Shown one piece after another: positions 1 to 10,172 of a stretch of 33,484 nt of DNA; the first letter of the stretch is position 1; the number at the start of each line of letters is the position of its first letter. The DNA comes from a virus (taxonomy: Duplodnaviria; Caudoviricetes). The translations under genes were made by a program, and so were the position numbers. Under the pieces are notes generated by a model. That model was not told the DNA's origin. It saw only the letters and a program-made list of their open reading frames with translations, and did no database searches. The stretch is from positions 1-33,484 of the IMG/VR virus record IMGVR_UViG_3300020463_000068. One strand, 5' to 3'.

Positions 1-46
1 AAGAGCGTAAGCTGAAAATCAGACTGGAGGGACAGGATCCCCGCTT

Positions 47-52
47 AAGGAG
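47..52 (+). promoter_or_regulatory. Shine-Dalgarno site of the 1267-aa gene
   Basis: AAGGAG 5 nt upstream of the ATG at 58. Confidence 0.8.
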
Positions 53-57
53 AAGAG

Positions 58-3000
58 ATGGCAGTTGGTCGTATATCTGGTCCGCTCTTAAAATCTAATT
101 TAATCCGTAATGGGGTTGATTTAGCTTTTGATACGGACTTACTTTACTTGGACGTCAATAACAAACGTATTGGCATCAACACCTCAAATCCACAATTTGA
201 TCTAGATGTAAGCGGGACCACAAGGACAACAAATTTAGTAGTTACAAGCGGAGTTGATATAGCAGATATCAACATAAACGGTAACACAATTCAAACCTCA
301 CTATCAGAATTAAATTTAGGTACAGCAGATAATGTTGTATATCAAAAAAAAGCTATTATTGATTCTCTTAAGTTTGACGGAAATATAATAAGCACAGTAG
401 ATAGTAATGCAAACTTAGAATTCAGACCTAACGGCGTTGGAGAAATCAATGTAAATTCCAACCTAAATGTAACAGGAAATATCCATGCTACAGGAAATAT
501 ATCAGCAGATGGCGACATTGTATTAGGAGACGCCGATACAGACACTATTACTTTCAATGCAGATATTGCTAGTAACCTTACACCAAACACAACTACATCT
601 TTTGACATAGGTTCATCATCAAAAAGATGGAGAAATGCATATGTAAAAAACTTTAATGCTGATAGCGTAACTACCAGTTCGTTAGCATTATCAGGTATAC
701 CTGATATTACACAAGCACCAGGAAATACAATTTACGTAGCTGAAAATGGTGCTGATTCTAACATTGGTATACACCCACAAGATCCATATGGTTCAATTAC
801 AAAAGCACTAAGCGTTGCTGTAAGTGGAGATATGATTTACATAAATGCTGGTACATATACAGAAGCTTTTCCAATGACTGTACCGGTTGGTGTAACAGTT
901 AGAGGTGCTAGTTTAAGAAGTGTAACAATAAAACCAACAACAGCAACAAACACCAAAGATGCATTTTTAATGAACGGAGAAAGCACAGTTGAAGATGTAA
1001 CCATAATGGATTTTTACAGTGGTTATGATAGATTCACTGTAGCATCAGGAGGAGGCTCAACCGGAAGTGTCGTAGTTAATTTAGCGACAGCACCACAAGC
1101 ACATGCATATGTAAGTGGCGGTGTTCTTAATGATACTGCTTTTTCAAGCGAAGTTACTGCAACAGGAGCAACATATAATAACGCTACAGGACAATTAACT
1201 ATAACTTACAGTGGTACGGTTCCTACATCTGGAACCGATATTATGTTAAAAGGATTTGTGTTTAGCTGTAGTGGAACAAATAAAACTTATCCTAACAACG
1301 GTTATGCATTTAGATTTGCAACAGGTTATACAGTTACATCACGTTCACCATATATTAGAAATATTACAGTAATAACTAAAGGCAGAACTACAAGTGCAAG
1401 TGATCCAAGAGGTTATTTTAGTGGAGATGCAGGCAAGGGTGCATTAGTTGATGGATCTTATGCAGAAAGTGCTTCTAAAGAAGCTAGTATGTTATTCCAT
1501 TCTGTTACTTTTATTACACCAGGTGTTAATGCATTGTCATGTACAAATGGTGCTAGAGTTGAGTGGTTAAACTGTTTTACGTATTTTGCAAAAAGAAGCA
1601 TATATGCATTTGACAGCGGTATAGGAAAAAAATCTGACGGAAAAACTAGAATTAGATTAGGCGGAGTGTCAGGAACATTTGCCGCAGGAAATACAGTTAC
1701 ATTTACATCAGCAGATGCTTCGACTGTAGTTGCAGTTACAGCAGAAAGTGTTGACGGTGATGTTATAATTGTTGATGGCAAGGATACTAATTTAATCGGA
1801 TTTGATGCAACACCGCAAACTATTAGCAACGGAAGCGGTGCGACTGCTACTAGCATATTAAATGTAGACGTAAAAGACTTTGGTGCTGAAATTAGAACTA
1901 TTGCTTCTGCATCAGTTTACGGTGAGCAAGGAATAGTCGGTGATGGCCCGGGCGTTCTTGTATATGCAATAGGACATAATGTTGCATACGTAGGATCAAA
2001 TGAGCAAGTTACTAATGACCCTACACTGACAGTACAGGGCAACGAAGTTCTAGCATCAAACGATGCAAAAATTAGATTTAGTAGTGTAGATCATAAAGGT
2101 GACTTTAGAGTTGGAGACTTGTTTCATGTAAATCAAGAAACAGGCGCTGTAAATTTTTCAGCTAACACATTAAACATAGATCTAACATCTGGTGCAACAT
2201 TTACAGATGGATCTAACACCACGTTTATTAACGGATCTAGGATTGATACAGGAAATTTAAGATTAACCGGAAACACACTATCAACTACAGCAGGCGATTT
2301 ACAATTAGATGCGGCATCTGGGCAAATAGTTTTACAGGACAATGTACAGATACAAGGGTCGTTAGATGTTACAGGTAACGTAACTATAGGCGGTGACATT
2401 CAATTAGGCGATACTTCATCTGTAGACATTGCTATTATTGCAAGGATAAATTCATCTTTGATACCTAACACTACTAGCATACATAGTTTAGGAGATACTT
2501 CATTAAGATGGAATAATTTACATATAGACGAAATGCAAGTTGATGACATCAATATCAACACAAATAGAATTACAACCACAAACTCAAATGCAAACTTAGA
2601 ACTACTTGCTAACGGAACCGGTAAAGTAACTGTACCAAACAACACATTAGAAATAACAAATGATTTAATTGTTAACGGTACATCAACATTTCAAGCTGTA
2701 AATATTAATGGTAATACATCTATAAATGGAAGTGTTACGCAAACAGGAAACACAGTTATAAACGGCAATACAACTGTTAACGGAACACTATCAACCAATG
2801 CTAATGTGCAACTTGAAGATATTCTAATCTCAGGTAACTTTATTACAACAACAAACAGTAATTCTCCATTAGAATTAAAAGCAAGTGGAACAGGAGTTAT
2901 AGGAATTCCTTCTAACAACGTTGTTATTAGTAACAACTTACAAGTTAACGGAACTATTACAGCAAATAATTTTCAGACAACTTCTACAATTACAGGTAGT

Positions 3001-3861
3001 GAATTTGCCACAGACGATATTTTAATTAAAGACAACTATATCACAACAACAACATCTAACAGTGATTTAGATTTAAGAGCATCCGGTACAGGCAGTATTG
3101 TAATAGAAGACTTATCAATAAATGGTAGCACAATCAGTTCTGATACTACTATTACTTTGTCACCGGCTGGAGAAAGTATTATAATCAACGGTACAGGTTC
3201 CTTAACACTAGCAAAAGGAACTACTGCTCAAAGAGATAATAGTGCAGGTGCAGGACAAGTAAGATACAATACTGATCTAAATAAGTTTGAAGGGTATGAT
3301 GGATCAAACTGGCTTGGTTTGACAGGCTTACAGGATTTAGATGGTAATACTAAGATTACACCTGAACTTACCCCAGGCGCTAATGATAATATTATAAGAT
3401 TTTATGTAGGTGGCTCAGTAGTTGGAACTATTGATAGCACCAAGTTTGAAGTGCCACAACTGCAAGTTGACGATATTAATATTAACGGAAATGTGATAAG
3501 TACTACTACTACAGATACAGATCTTCAGTTTTCTGCAAATGGCACAGGCCAGGTGAAATTTGAAAATTTTGGTATAAGTGGCGGAACTATTACAAATACA
3601 GTAACAGATAGTTTAACTACTTTCCAAAATACAGGCACAGGATATGTGCAATTTCAAGGAACTTTAGGAGTTGTTTTACCTGTAGGAGATACAGGCTCAA
3701 GAGGAGCCAACGCAACAGGAATGATAAGGTATAATACTGATGATACAAGAGTTGAACTTTATGATGGAACTAGTTGGACGAGTGTGGCAGGTAGTGCAGG
3801 TGGTATTAACTTTGGACAAGCAAAAGAGTTAGCAATAGAAATGGCTTTGATAGCAGGATAA
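58..3861 (+). CDS. Large virion structural / tail-fibre-like protein (1267 aa) with beta-helix-like domain and fibre repeats
   Basis: Long ORF with SD. Contains an RIGINTSNP..DLDVSG fibre motif, an IYVAENGAD..P..SI..AL beta-helix cap and an SPYIRN...GARVEW beta-helix-like region. Multiple D.I.I..N.I.T..SN..L.L...GTG repeats and two G..RYNT....E.YDG..W motifs are typical of phage fibres. Confidence 0.8.
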   Translation: MAVGRISGPLLKSNLIRNGVDLAFDTDLLYLDVNNKRIGINTSNPQFDLDVSGTTRTTNLVVTSGVDIADININGNTIQTSLSELNLGTADNVVYQKKAIIDSLKFDGNIISTVDSNANLEFRPNGVGEINVNSNLNVTGNIHATGNISADGDIVLGDADTDTITFNADIASNLTPNTTTSFDIGSSSKRWRNAYVKNFNADSVTTSSLALSGIPDITQAPGNTIYVAENGADSNIGIHPQDPYGSITKALSVAVSGDMIYINAGTYTEAFPMTVPVGVTVRGASLRSVTIKPTTATNTKDAFLMNGESTVEDVTIMDFYSGYDRFTVASGGGSTGSVVVNLATAPQAHAYVSGGVLNDTAFSSEVTATGATYNNATGQLTITYSGTVPTSGTDIMLKGFVFSCSGTNKTYPNNGYAFRFATGYTVTSRSPYIRNITVITKGRTTSASDPRGYFSGDAGKGALVDGSYAESASKEASMLFHSVTFITPGVNALSCTNGARVEWLNCFTYFAKRSIYAFDSGIGKKSDGKTRIRLGGVSGTFAAGNTVTFTSADASTVVAVTAESVDGDVIIVDGKDTNLIGFDATPQTISNGSGATATSILNVDVKDFGAEIRTIASASVYGEQGIVGDGPGVLVYAIGHNVAYVGSNEQVTNDPTLTVQGNEVLASNDAKIRFSSVDHKGDFRVGDLFHVNQETGAVNFSANTLNIDLTSGATFTDGSNTTFINGSRIDTGNLRLTGNTLSTTAGDLQLDAASGQIVLQDNVQIQGSLDVTGNVTIGGDIQLGDTSSVDIAIIARINSSLIPNTTSIHSLGDTSLRWNNLHIDEMQVDDININTNRITTTNSNANLELLANGTGKVTVPNNTLEITNDLIVNGTSTFQAVNINGNTSINGSVTQTGNTVINGNTTVNGTLSTNANVQLEDILISGNFITTTNSNSPLELKASGTGVIGIPSNNVVISNNLQVNGTITANNFQTTSTITGSEFATDDILIKDNYITTTTSNSDLDLRASGTGSIVIEDLSINGSTISSDTTITLSPAGESIIINGTGSLTLAKGTTAQRDNSAGAGQVRYNTDLNKFEGYDGSNWLGLTGLQDLDGNTKITPELTPGANDNIIRFYVGGSVVGTIDSTKFEVPQLQVDDININGNVISTTTTDTDLQFSANGTGQVKFENFGISGGTITNTVTDSLTTFQNTGTGYVQFQGTLGVVLPVGDTGSRGANATGMIRYNTDDTRVELYDGTSWTSVAGSAGGINFGQAKELAIEMALIAG
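2539..3660 (+). repeat. Intragenic ~30-aa fibre repeats (DDININ.N.ITTT.SN..L.L.A.GTG.I/V)
   Basis: Copies include DDININTNRITTTNSNANLELLANGTGKV, EDILISGNFITTTNSNSPLELKASGTGVI, DDILIKDNYITTTTSNSDLDLRASGTGSI and DDININGNVISTTTTDTDLQFSANGTGQV. A further copy lies near the N-terminus (DSLKFDGNIISTVDSNANLEFRPNGVGEI). Confidence 0.8.
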
Positions 3862-3864
3862 AAA

Positions 3865-4194
3865 ATGGCAGTACAAGTAAAAAATAGTGTGATAAAAAAT
3901 ATAGGAACAGTTCCAGTAATTGTTTCAGAAACCGATGCTAGTAAGCGTCAAACCATACTAGGACTAAGTATTACAAACTTAACAGATGGTTTTTTGTATA
4001 TAGATGTGTTAGTAGACGACGACACTTCTGTATCAGGTTATTATTTAAAACAAGCATTACTAGCAGAAGGATCAAGTTTAAGAGCAGTTTCAACAGGTGA
4101 AAAATTAGTTTTAGGAATTAACAATAAACTTAAAGTTAAGGCAAGTGCAGATGATGCTGTTGATGTAATTGTAAGTTTTGTGGAGACAACATAA
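3865..4194 (+). CDS. Small beta-rich virion-associated protein (109 aa), likely fibre adaptor/companion
   Basis: Starts 3 nt after the preceding stop. The TILGLSITN...KLVL...LKV.....DVIVS..E pattern resembles small proteins that follow large fibre genes in marine myoviruses. Similar architecture to 18886-19206. Confidence 0.7.
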   Translation: MAVQVKNSVIKNIGTVPVIVSETDASKRQTILGLSITNLTDGFLYIDVLVDDDTSVSGYYLKQALLAEGSSLRAVSTGEKLVLGINNKLKVKASADDAVDVIVSFVETT

Positions 4195-4568
4195 TGAGTT
4201 ATTATATAGGTACAGGTCCAGCAGACGTAATTAATAGTTTTATTAAAAGATATTTTTATGGAATGCGTAGGAATGATAACGGAGAACTATTTTTGTTAAA
4301 GTCAGATCAGCAAAAAGGTGGAGATGATGCTATTACAATAAACGAAGTTGGTGATGCATCAGGAAACTTTCCAGATTTTGAAGAAGGTATTAATTACTTA
4401 GATGGTATTAATGAAACACACGATATTGTGTATGAAAATTTAAGATATCAGCAGTTAAAGTGGGACAATAGGTCTTTGCTTTACTATGTTGATAGTGAAG
4501 GATATTTGGTATTAAAAGTTAGCGAAAAGCACACTTATCCTGCAGATACATCGGCGCCAGGATACTAA
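4194..4568 (+). CDS. Hypothetical phage protein (124 aa), probably structural
   Basis: TAATG stop/start overlap with the upstream gene and a position within the structural operon. No function recognised. Confidence 0.7.
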   Translation: MSYYIGTGPADVINSFIKRYFYGMRRNDNGELFLLKSDQQKGGDDAITINEVGDASGNFPDFEEGINYLDGINETHDIVYENLRYQQLKWDNRSLLYYVDSEGYLVLKVSEKHTYPADTSAPGY

Positions 4569-4578
4569 GGAGATATGA

Positions 4579-7500
4579 ATGTCAGAGTTTAAACTAGAAC
4601 GATTTAAGTATAACTGGAAAGGCGTCTGGTCAAACGGTAATGCTTATAATCGTGACGATGTAGTTAATGTAGGTGGTAAAACTTATGTATGTCTAGTTAC
4701 ACATACATCTAGTGCAGACTTTAATACAGATTTAGATGCTACAGTTCCTGGAAGTAGTCCTCCTATTCCACAACCTAAATGGGTTTTGCAAACAGACGGA
4801 CGAAGATGGATAGGAAATTGGACAACAAGCACACAGTATCAAGAAGGTGATATTGTTACTTTTGACGGTACTGTATATTTTTGTAACAACGGACACTTGT
4901 CTACAACATTCCAAACAAATTCTTCAGACTGGACAGAAATAGCAAAAGGAATACAATTTCAAACAGATTGGACTACTGCTACAGGATATGGTGTAGGTGC
5001 TATTGTAAAATATAGCGGAATGGTTTATAAGTGTATAGTACCTCATACTTCACAAACATATTTAGAAGATGATCTATCAAGTTGGCAAATATTCCATGAT
5101 GGAATATTTTTTGCTGGTAGTTGGACAACAGCTACAACTTATAGAAAAAACGATTTAGTAAAATTTGGAGGCTCTATTTTTAGAGTAAAGACAACACATA
5201 TTACTACTACCCAGTTTGATCAAAATTTATATGATATAGAATTGCCAGGTTTTAATGATGTACAAGAATATAGCGGTGCAACAGATTACGCTACAGGTGA
5301 TATGGTTCGGTACGGTGGAGACATATACTATGTAACAAATCCAATTAGAGGAATAGAACCAACAAACACTGGATTTGATAGCGTAGTGTATTTTACAAAA
5401 ATGCTTTACGCTTACAACTTTAGAGGCGATTGGAACATAGACAGCGATTATGCACCGGGCGACCTTGTAAGAAGAGGCGGAGAATTATATAAAGCTCTTG
5501 TAACAATTAAGCGAGAAGACGACAGCACAGATGCTGTTTTAACTGATTATACAGATACAACAAAATGGGAACTAATGGTTCCTGGAGATAAATTTGCAAA
5601 TTATTGGAATTACTCTTCAATAAGCTATTCAAAAGGCGAAGTTGTTACATACTTTGGTATGTTGTATGAGTGTACATTCCCACATACTTCTTCAGCAATT
5701 AATTTTCCTGGAAATGGAAGCGGATATACTTTCTGGACACTATTAGGAATGACTACAGGAAGTTTTGGATTAAACGCTCCTGGAGATATTTTAACATTTG
5801 ACAAGCTAGTTGATGGAAGTAGTATGGGTCCAACTAACGTTCCGATCGGTACATATAATCAAGTTCTTTCTATTAAAGACGAATTAACTACAGATCCAGA
5901 TTTATATTATAGAGATTTATTTACAACTGAAGTTACAGTAGTATACGTTTCTCCAAGTGGAGTAGATGATTACAGTACAACCGGCGGCATAACAAGAGGT
6001 ATCGATATGAGATATCCTTTCAAAACTATTAGATTTGCATGCCAATACGTTGAAGATAATATTACAGGACCATGTAAGGTTGCAGTATCAACAGGAAGAT
6101 ATATAGAAACTTGTCCTATTGTAGTACCTAGATATACAGTGGTAATGGGTGACGAACTACGTTCTGTGACTGTTGTTGCAAACAGTCCCGTAACTGAATA
6201 TACAGGAGATACCTCGACAACATTTTCTTACTTAACTAGGTTTAATAATATTATAAACGATTTGCTTTTGAATCAAGATATAACAGTAACTACAGGTAAC
6301 ACAGTAGCACAAGATAAAACACAAACTGCAAGTACAGCAGACGTAACATCTATATTTGGCAGTTTAGTTGCAGATATTACCGAATATCTTAGTTACGCTA
6401 TACTAAGTACCTCTACTACTCCAACAGTAACAGGAACAAATACATTAACAAGTGAAATTGCTAGAATTAGAGCAAGTGAGATACTAAGACTTAATACAAA
6501 GTTTTTACAAGCAGAAGCGATAGCATATATTAAAGATACTGATCCAAGTTATGCATTTACAGAATCAAGAATAGAAGCTGATGTTAATCAGTTTATTAGA
6601 GGAATAAGATACGACTTACGTTATCCGGGAAATTATGCTACAATTCAATCTGCCAGATATTACGTCAACCAGACAAACGGTTCACAACTAGAAGACATGT
6701 TTTATTTGAGAGACATAACAGGATTACGCAACTGTACTATAGAAGGATTATCAGGAACACTATCACCAGCAGGAACAGCGTTAATATTACAAAGACCAAC
6801 AGGTGGATCGTTCTGTAGTTTGGATCCAGGATGGGGTCCAGCTGATGACAGAACTTGGATTGCTACAAGATCACCATATATACAAGGTGTAACAACAATT
6901 GGTACTGGATGTACAGGACAAAAAATCGACGGTGCTCTGCATAACGGTGGTAACAAGTCGATGGTATCAAACGACTTTACACAAGTTTTAAGTGACGGAA
7001 TCGGAGCTCATATTACTAACAACGGTAGAGCAGAACTTGTGTCTGTGTTTACTTATTACTGTCATTTAGGCTACCTTGCAGACACAGGTGGAAAGATAAG
7101 AGCTACAAATGGTAATAACTCATACGGAAATTATGGATCTGTAGCAATAGGAATTGATTCAACAGAAACACCTAAAAGTGCAACTGTAGATAATAGAAAT
7201 AATGAAGCAGAAGTTGCATTTGCATTTGCGGGAGAAGTAACCGATAAGATACTTGCATTTGAATATAAACATTGCGGAGAAAATTATTCAACTGCAACAG
7301 CCAATGTAATTGGTTCTGGTAACTTTGTAAATGCTTCTTTTGACGATACTAGAGACAATTCAGTATTTGAAGCAAGATTGATACAACCACAAGATAGTAC
7401 TAATATAGGTGGAGCAAATTATACTAATGTAGGTAACAATGCACAAACAGGAAATGGTTTACAGATTACACTAGCAAGTAATGATTCGGCTGTCACAGCA

Positions 7501-10125
7501 GATTACATAGGCCAGCTTATAGTTTTAACTTCTGGTGTAGGTACAGGACAATATGGTTATATACAAGCGTATAACGATACAACTAAAGTTGCAACAATAT
7601 ATAAACATTCAGATAATACTGCTGGCTGGGATCATATCATTCCTGGAATGGAAATATCAGCTTCATTACAGACAAATACACAATATAGAATACAACCAAG
7701 AATAACAGTATCTGAACCACCATTTGATGTTGCTACTAGAACATTACCTAACTTAATGCCTACCTCACCTAAAGAATGGGCAGATGCATGTTGGGGAGAA
7801 ACTAGAGAACAATATGATAACAACGTAATGAGTACAGGTACAGGAACAACTATAGATATAACTCCTGCTCCAGCTGTTATTAGGATAATTAAAACAGGAG
7901 CCACATATACAGCAGTATTACAAAGTACTGGAGTTGGTTACGCAGTTGGTGACACTACTACTATTGCTGGAACTGCATTAGGCGGAACTAGTCCTACAAA
8001 CGATTGTATAATAAGAGTTGCATCTGTGTCTGATGACAGTACAAACAGTATTGTAACTGTTACTGTACAAGGAAGCGGCTTTGCAGGAAGATTCCTTGCA
8101 GTAGCTGAGGGAGATTATAGTGCTTACTCAGATGATGGTACAGCATGGAGTGAAATATTTACTGCATCAACACAAACGTGGAAGTCTATTGCACACGGCG
8201 GCACAACGTTCGTTGCAATATCAAACACAGTAACTGATGTTATAAATTATAGTAGAACAGGAAAAACATGGGCTGTTACAACATTACCTTCTTCAGCACC
8301 ACTAAAAGATATACAATATGCTAATGGACAGTTTGTGATAGTGTGCGAAGATGATAATAGAGTATTTTATAGTGCTAACGGAACTACGTGGTCTCAAAGC
8401 AGTATTCCAGCAAGTACATCAGATGACTTATCATCGTCTTCCAAGCAGTGGCAAGGTGTAACTTTTGGTTATGGTAAATGGACTGCAATATCTGGAAGTG
8501 ATAGAGCTATTGCTACATCGACCGATGCAATTACGTGGACAGTTACAGAAGATAAACTGCCAACACCTGGCGGAGCGTATGACTGGTGTAACTTAACCTT
8601 TGGTAATGGAAGATTTGTAGCAGTATCAAAAAATACTGGTCAAGCAATATACTGTATCGGAGATCCTGTTACTGAAACATGGCAGACATCTAACATGCCA
8701 AACCTAGATGATTCAACACATATGAATTGGAATAGAGTACGATATGGAAACGGAGTATTTTTTGCTGTGTGTGATACTGGAAACAGAATTATAGCAGGAG
8801 ACGCAACAACTGGTCCAACTACAATAGCGGCATCGTCACCTGATGGATATACATGGACTAAAAGAGATCTAACTTTTTCAAACAAGTATAGTTCTTGTGT
8901 TTACAGCAAATATACTAAAAACTGGCTAGTTTTAGCAAAAGGCGGTAATACTGCATTAGCAATAAACCAAGGAGCAAAAGCAAAAATTATAGCAAATATT
9001 TCAACTGGAGTTATTGGCTACTTTAAAATTTGGGATCCTGGTTCAGGATATACTAGTACACCAACTATAACTATCTTTGATAACAAAGGAACTACAGATG
9101 CACAAGTAGAAATGAGAATAGGCGACGGCGTACTTGCACAACCGACCTTTATAAACAGAGGTATAGGTTATAGAACTAGTACGACAATCGTTACTATTAC
9201 AGGCGACGGATATGCAGATAAAATACCATCTAATTCAACCGACTTAACTGTTGTTGGATTATCAGGAGCGTATCCAGGACCAGGAGCACAAATAAAAATT
9301 ACTGGAGTAATGAATACTGATACAACTGAAGATTTAACAGATTTAAGAGAGTTTACGGCAGTGAAAATAACAGAGTTAGGAGATGATGGGTCTGGCAATG
9401 GAACTAAAAGAGCATTATTTAGGATATCACCAAAGTTAGAAAACTCAGATAATTTAGCTCACGGAACAACAGTTTCAATTAGAGAACAATATAGTCAGTG
9501 TAGAATTTCTGGACATGACTATCTTGATATAGGCAGTGGTAACTTTACACAAACAAATTATCCAGAACTTTATGTTGCTGGAAATGTTTTTGATGTTTAT
9601 CCAGAAAACGAAACTTTTGAAGAAGACGGTGGAAGGGTGTTTTATACATCAACAGACCAAGATGGTAACTTTAGAGCAGGTGAATTGTTCAGTGTTGAAC
9701 AAGGAACCGGTATTGTAACAATTAGTGCTGATTTCTTTGACCTAGACGGGCTTTCTGAATTAGCACTCGGCGGCGTTAGATTGGGCGGTAGTGGTACTGT
9801 AGTTAGAGAATTTTCTACAGATCCATTGTTTATTGAAGATTCTAATAATATTGTGCCCACGCAAAAAGCAGTCGTAACTTTCTTAGCAACACGGTTGTCA
9901 GAAGGTGGATCAGAAATTGAAACTAATGACTTAACAGCAGGTTTAGTTAAAATAGGCGGAGAATTTAATATTATTTCACACAATGGTGATGCAGGAGCTG
10001 TAAGTGGTACTGTGCCAGGAACAGCGTTTGAAATACAATTTCCAAAAACTACAAATTTTGCAGGACAATATGCAGGAGTTACTGGAATGCCACTCGCAAT
10101 GCGACTATTTTTGAAGGAAGATTAA
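4579..10125 (+). CDS. Giant virion fibre/appendage protein (1848 aa): 7 CBM5/12-like Trp repeats, beta-helix-like domain, Asp-box/BNR-like propeller, conserved C-terminal domain
   Basis: SD AAGGAG at 4567-4572. N-terminal W....Y..GD.V...G..Y.C...HTS repeats, VYVSPSG..D cap and SPYIQGVT...KIDGALHNGGNKSMVSNDFTQ region. S.DG.TW Asp-box-like motifs at about 8090-8930 and C-terminal GHDYLDIG...TSTDQDGNFR. Collinear paralog of 10173-18869. Confidence 0.85.
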   Translation: MSEFKLERFKYNWKGVWSNGNAYNRDDVVNVGGKTYVCLVTHTSSADFNTDLDATVPGSSPPIPQPKWVLQTDGRRWIGNWTTSTQYQEGDIVTFDGTVYFCNNGHLSTTFQTNSSDWTEIAKGIQFQTDWTTATGYGVGAIVKYSGMVYKCIVPHTSQTYLEDDLSSWQIFHDGIFFAGSWTTATTYRKNDLVKFGGSIFRVKTTHITTTQFDQNLYDIELPGFNDVQEYSGATDYATGDMVRYGGDIYYVTNPIRGIEPTNTGFDSVVYFTKMLYAYNFRGDWNIDSDYAPGDLVRRGGELYKALVTIKREDDSTDAVLTDYTDTTKWELMVPGDKFANYWNYSSISYSKGEVVTYFGMLYECTFPHTSSAINFPGNGSGYTFWTLLGMTTGSFGLNAPGDILTFDKLVDGSSMGPTNVPIGTYNQVLSIKDELTTDPDLYYRDLFTTEVTVVYVSPSGVDDYSTTGGITRGIDMRYPFKTIRFACQYVEDNITGPCKVAVSTGRYIETCPIVVPRYTVVMGDELRSVTVVANSPVTEYTGDTSTTFSYLTRFNNIINDLLLNQDITVTTGNTVAQDKTQTASTADVTSIFGSLVADITEYLSYAILSTSTTPTVTGTNTLTSEIARIRASEILRLNTKFLQAEAIAYIKDTDPSYAFTESRIEADVNQFIRGIRYDLRYPGNYATIQSARYYVNQTNGSQLEDMFYLRDITGLRNCTIEGLSGTLSPAGTALILQRPTGGSFCSLDPGWGPADDRTWIATRSPYIQGVTTIGTGCTGQKIDGALHNGGNKSMVSNDFTQVLSDGIGAHITNNGRAELVSVFTYYCHLGYLADTGGKIRATNGNNSYGNYGSVAIGIDSTETPKSATVDNRNNEAEVAFAFAGEVTDKILAFEYKHCGENYSTATANVIGSGNFVNASFDDTRDNSVFEARLIQPQDSTNIGGANYTNVGNNAQTGNGLQITLASNDSAVTADYIGQLIVLTSGVGTGQYGYIQAYNDTTKVATIYKHSDNTAGWDHIIPGMEISASLQTNTQYRIQPRITVSEPPFDVATRTLPNLMPTSPKEWADACWGETREQYDNNVMSTGTGTTIDITPAPAVIRIIKTGATYTAVLQSTGVGYAVGDTTTIAGTALGGTSPTNDCIIRVASVSDDSTNSIVTVTVQGSGFAGRFLAVAEGDYSAYSDDGTAWSEIFTASTQTWKSIAHGGTTFVAISNTVTDVINYSRTGKTWAVTTLPSSAPLKDIQYANGQFVIVCEDDNRVFYSANGTTWSQSSIPASTSDDLSSSSKQWQGVTFGYGKWTAISGSDRAIATSTDAITWTVTEDKLPTPGGAYDWCNLTFGNGRFVAVSKNTGQAIYCIGDPVTETWQTSNMPNLDDSTHMNWNRVRYGNGVFFAVCDTGNRIIAGDATTGPTTIAASSPDGYTWTKRDLTFSNKYSSCVYSKYTKNWLVLAKGGNTALAINQGAKAKIIANISTGVIGYFKIWDPGSGYTSTPTITIFDNKGTTDAQVEMRIGDGVLAQPTFINRGIGYRTSTTIVTITGDGYADKIPSNSTDLTVVGLSGAYPGPGAQIKITGVMNTDTTEDLTDLREFTAVKITELGDDGSGNGTKRALFRISPKLENSDNLAHGTTVSIREQYSQCRISGHDYLDIGSGNFTQTNYPELYVAGNVFDVYPENETFEEDGGRVFYTSTDQDGNFRAGELFSVEQGTGIVTISADFFDLDGLSELALGGVRLGGSGTVVREFSTDPLFIEDSNNIVPTQKAVVTFLATRLSEGGSEIETNDLTAGLVKIGGEFNIISHNGDAGAVSGTVPGTAFEIQFPKTTNFAGQYAGVTGMPLAMRLFLKED
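4624..5691 (+). repeat. Seven tandem CBM5/12 (chitin-binding type 3)-like Trp/Tyr repeats
   Basis: Examples: WSNGNAYNRDDVVNVGGKTYVCLVTHTS, WTTATGYGVGAIVKYSGMVYKCIVPHTS, WNYSSISYSKGEVVTYFGMLYECTFPHTS. The repeats are directly visible; the family name comes from motif resemblance. Confidence 0.7.
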
Positions 10126-10145
10126 GTATGTTGTTTTTCGATATT

Positions 10146-10153
10146 GATAAATA
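10146..10153 (+). promoter_or_regulatory. Putative T4-type late promoter (GATAAATA)
   Basis: 7/8 match to the T4 late consensus TATAAATA. Lies in a 47-nt intergenic gap upstream of a GGAG SD and the ATG at 10173 of a structural gene. Confidence 0.6.
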
Positions 10154-10172
10154 TTACAGTTGGAGCAATTAA

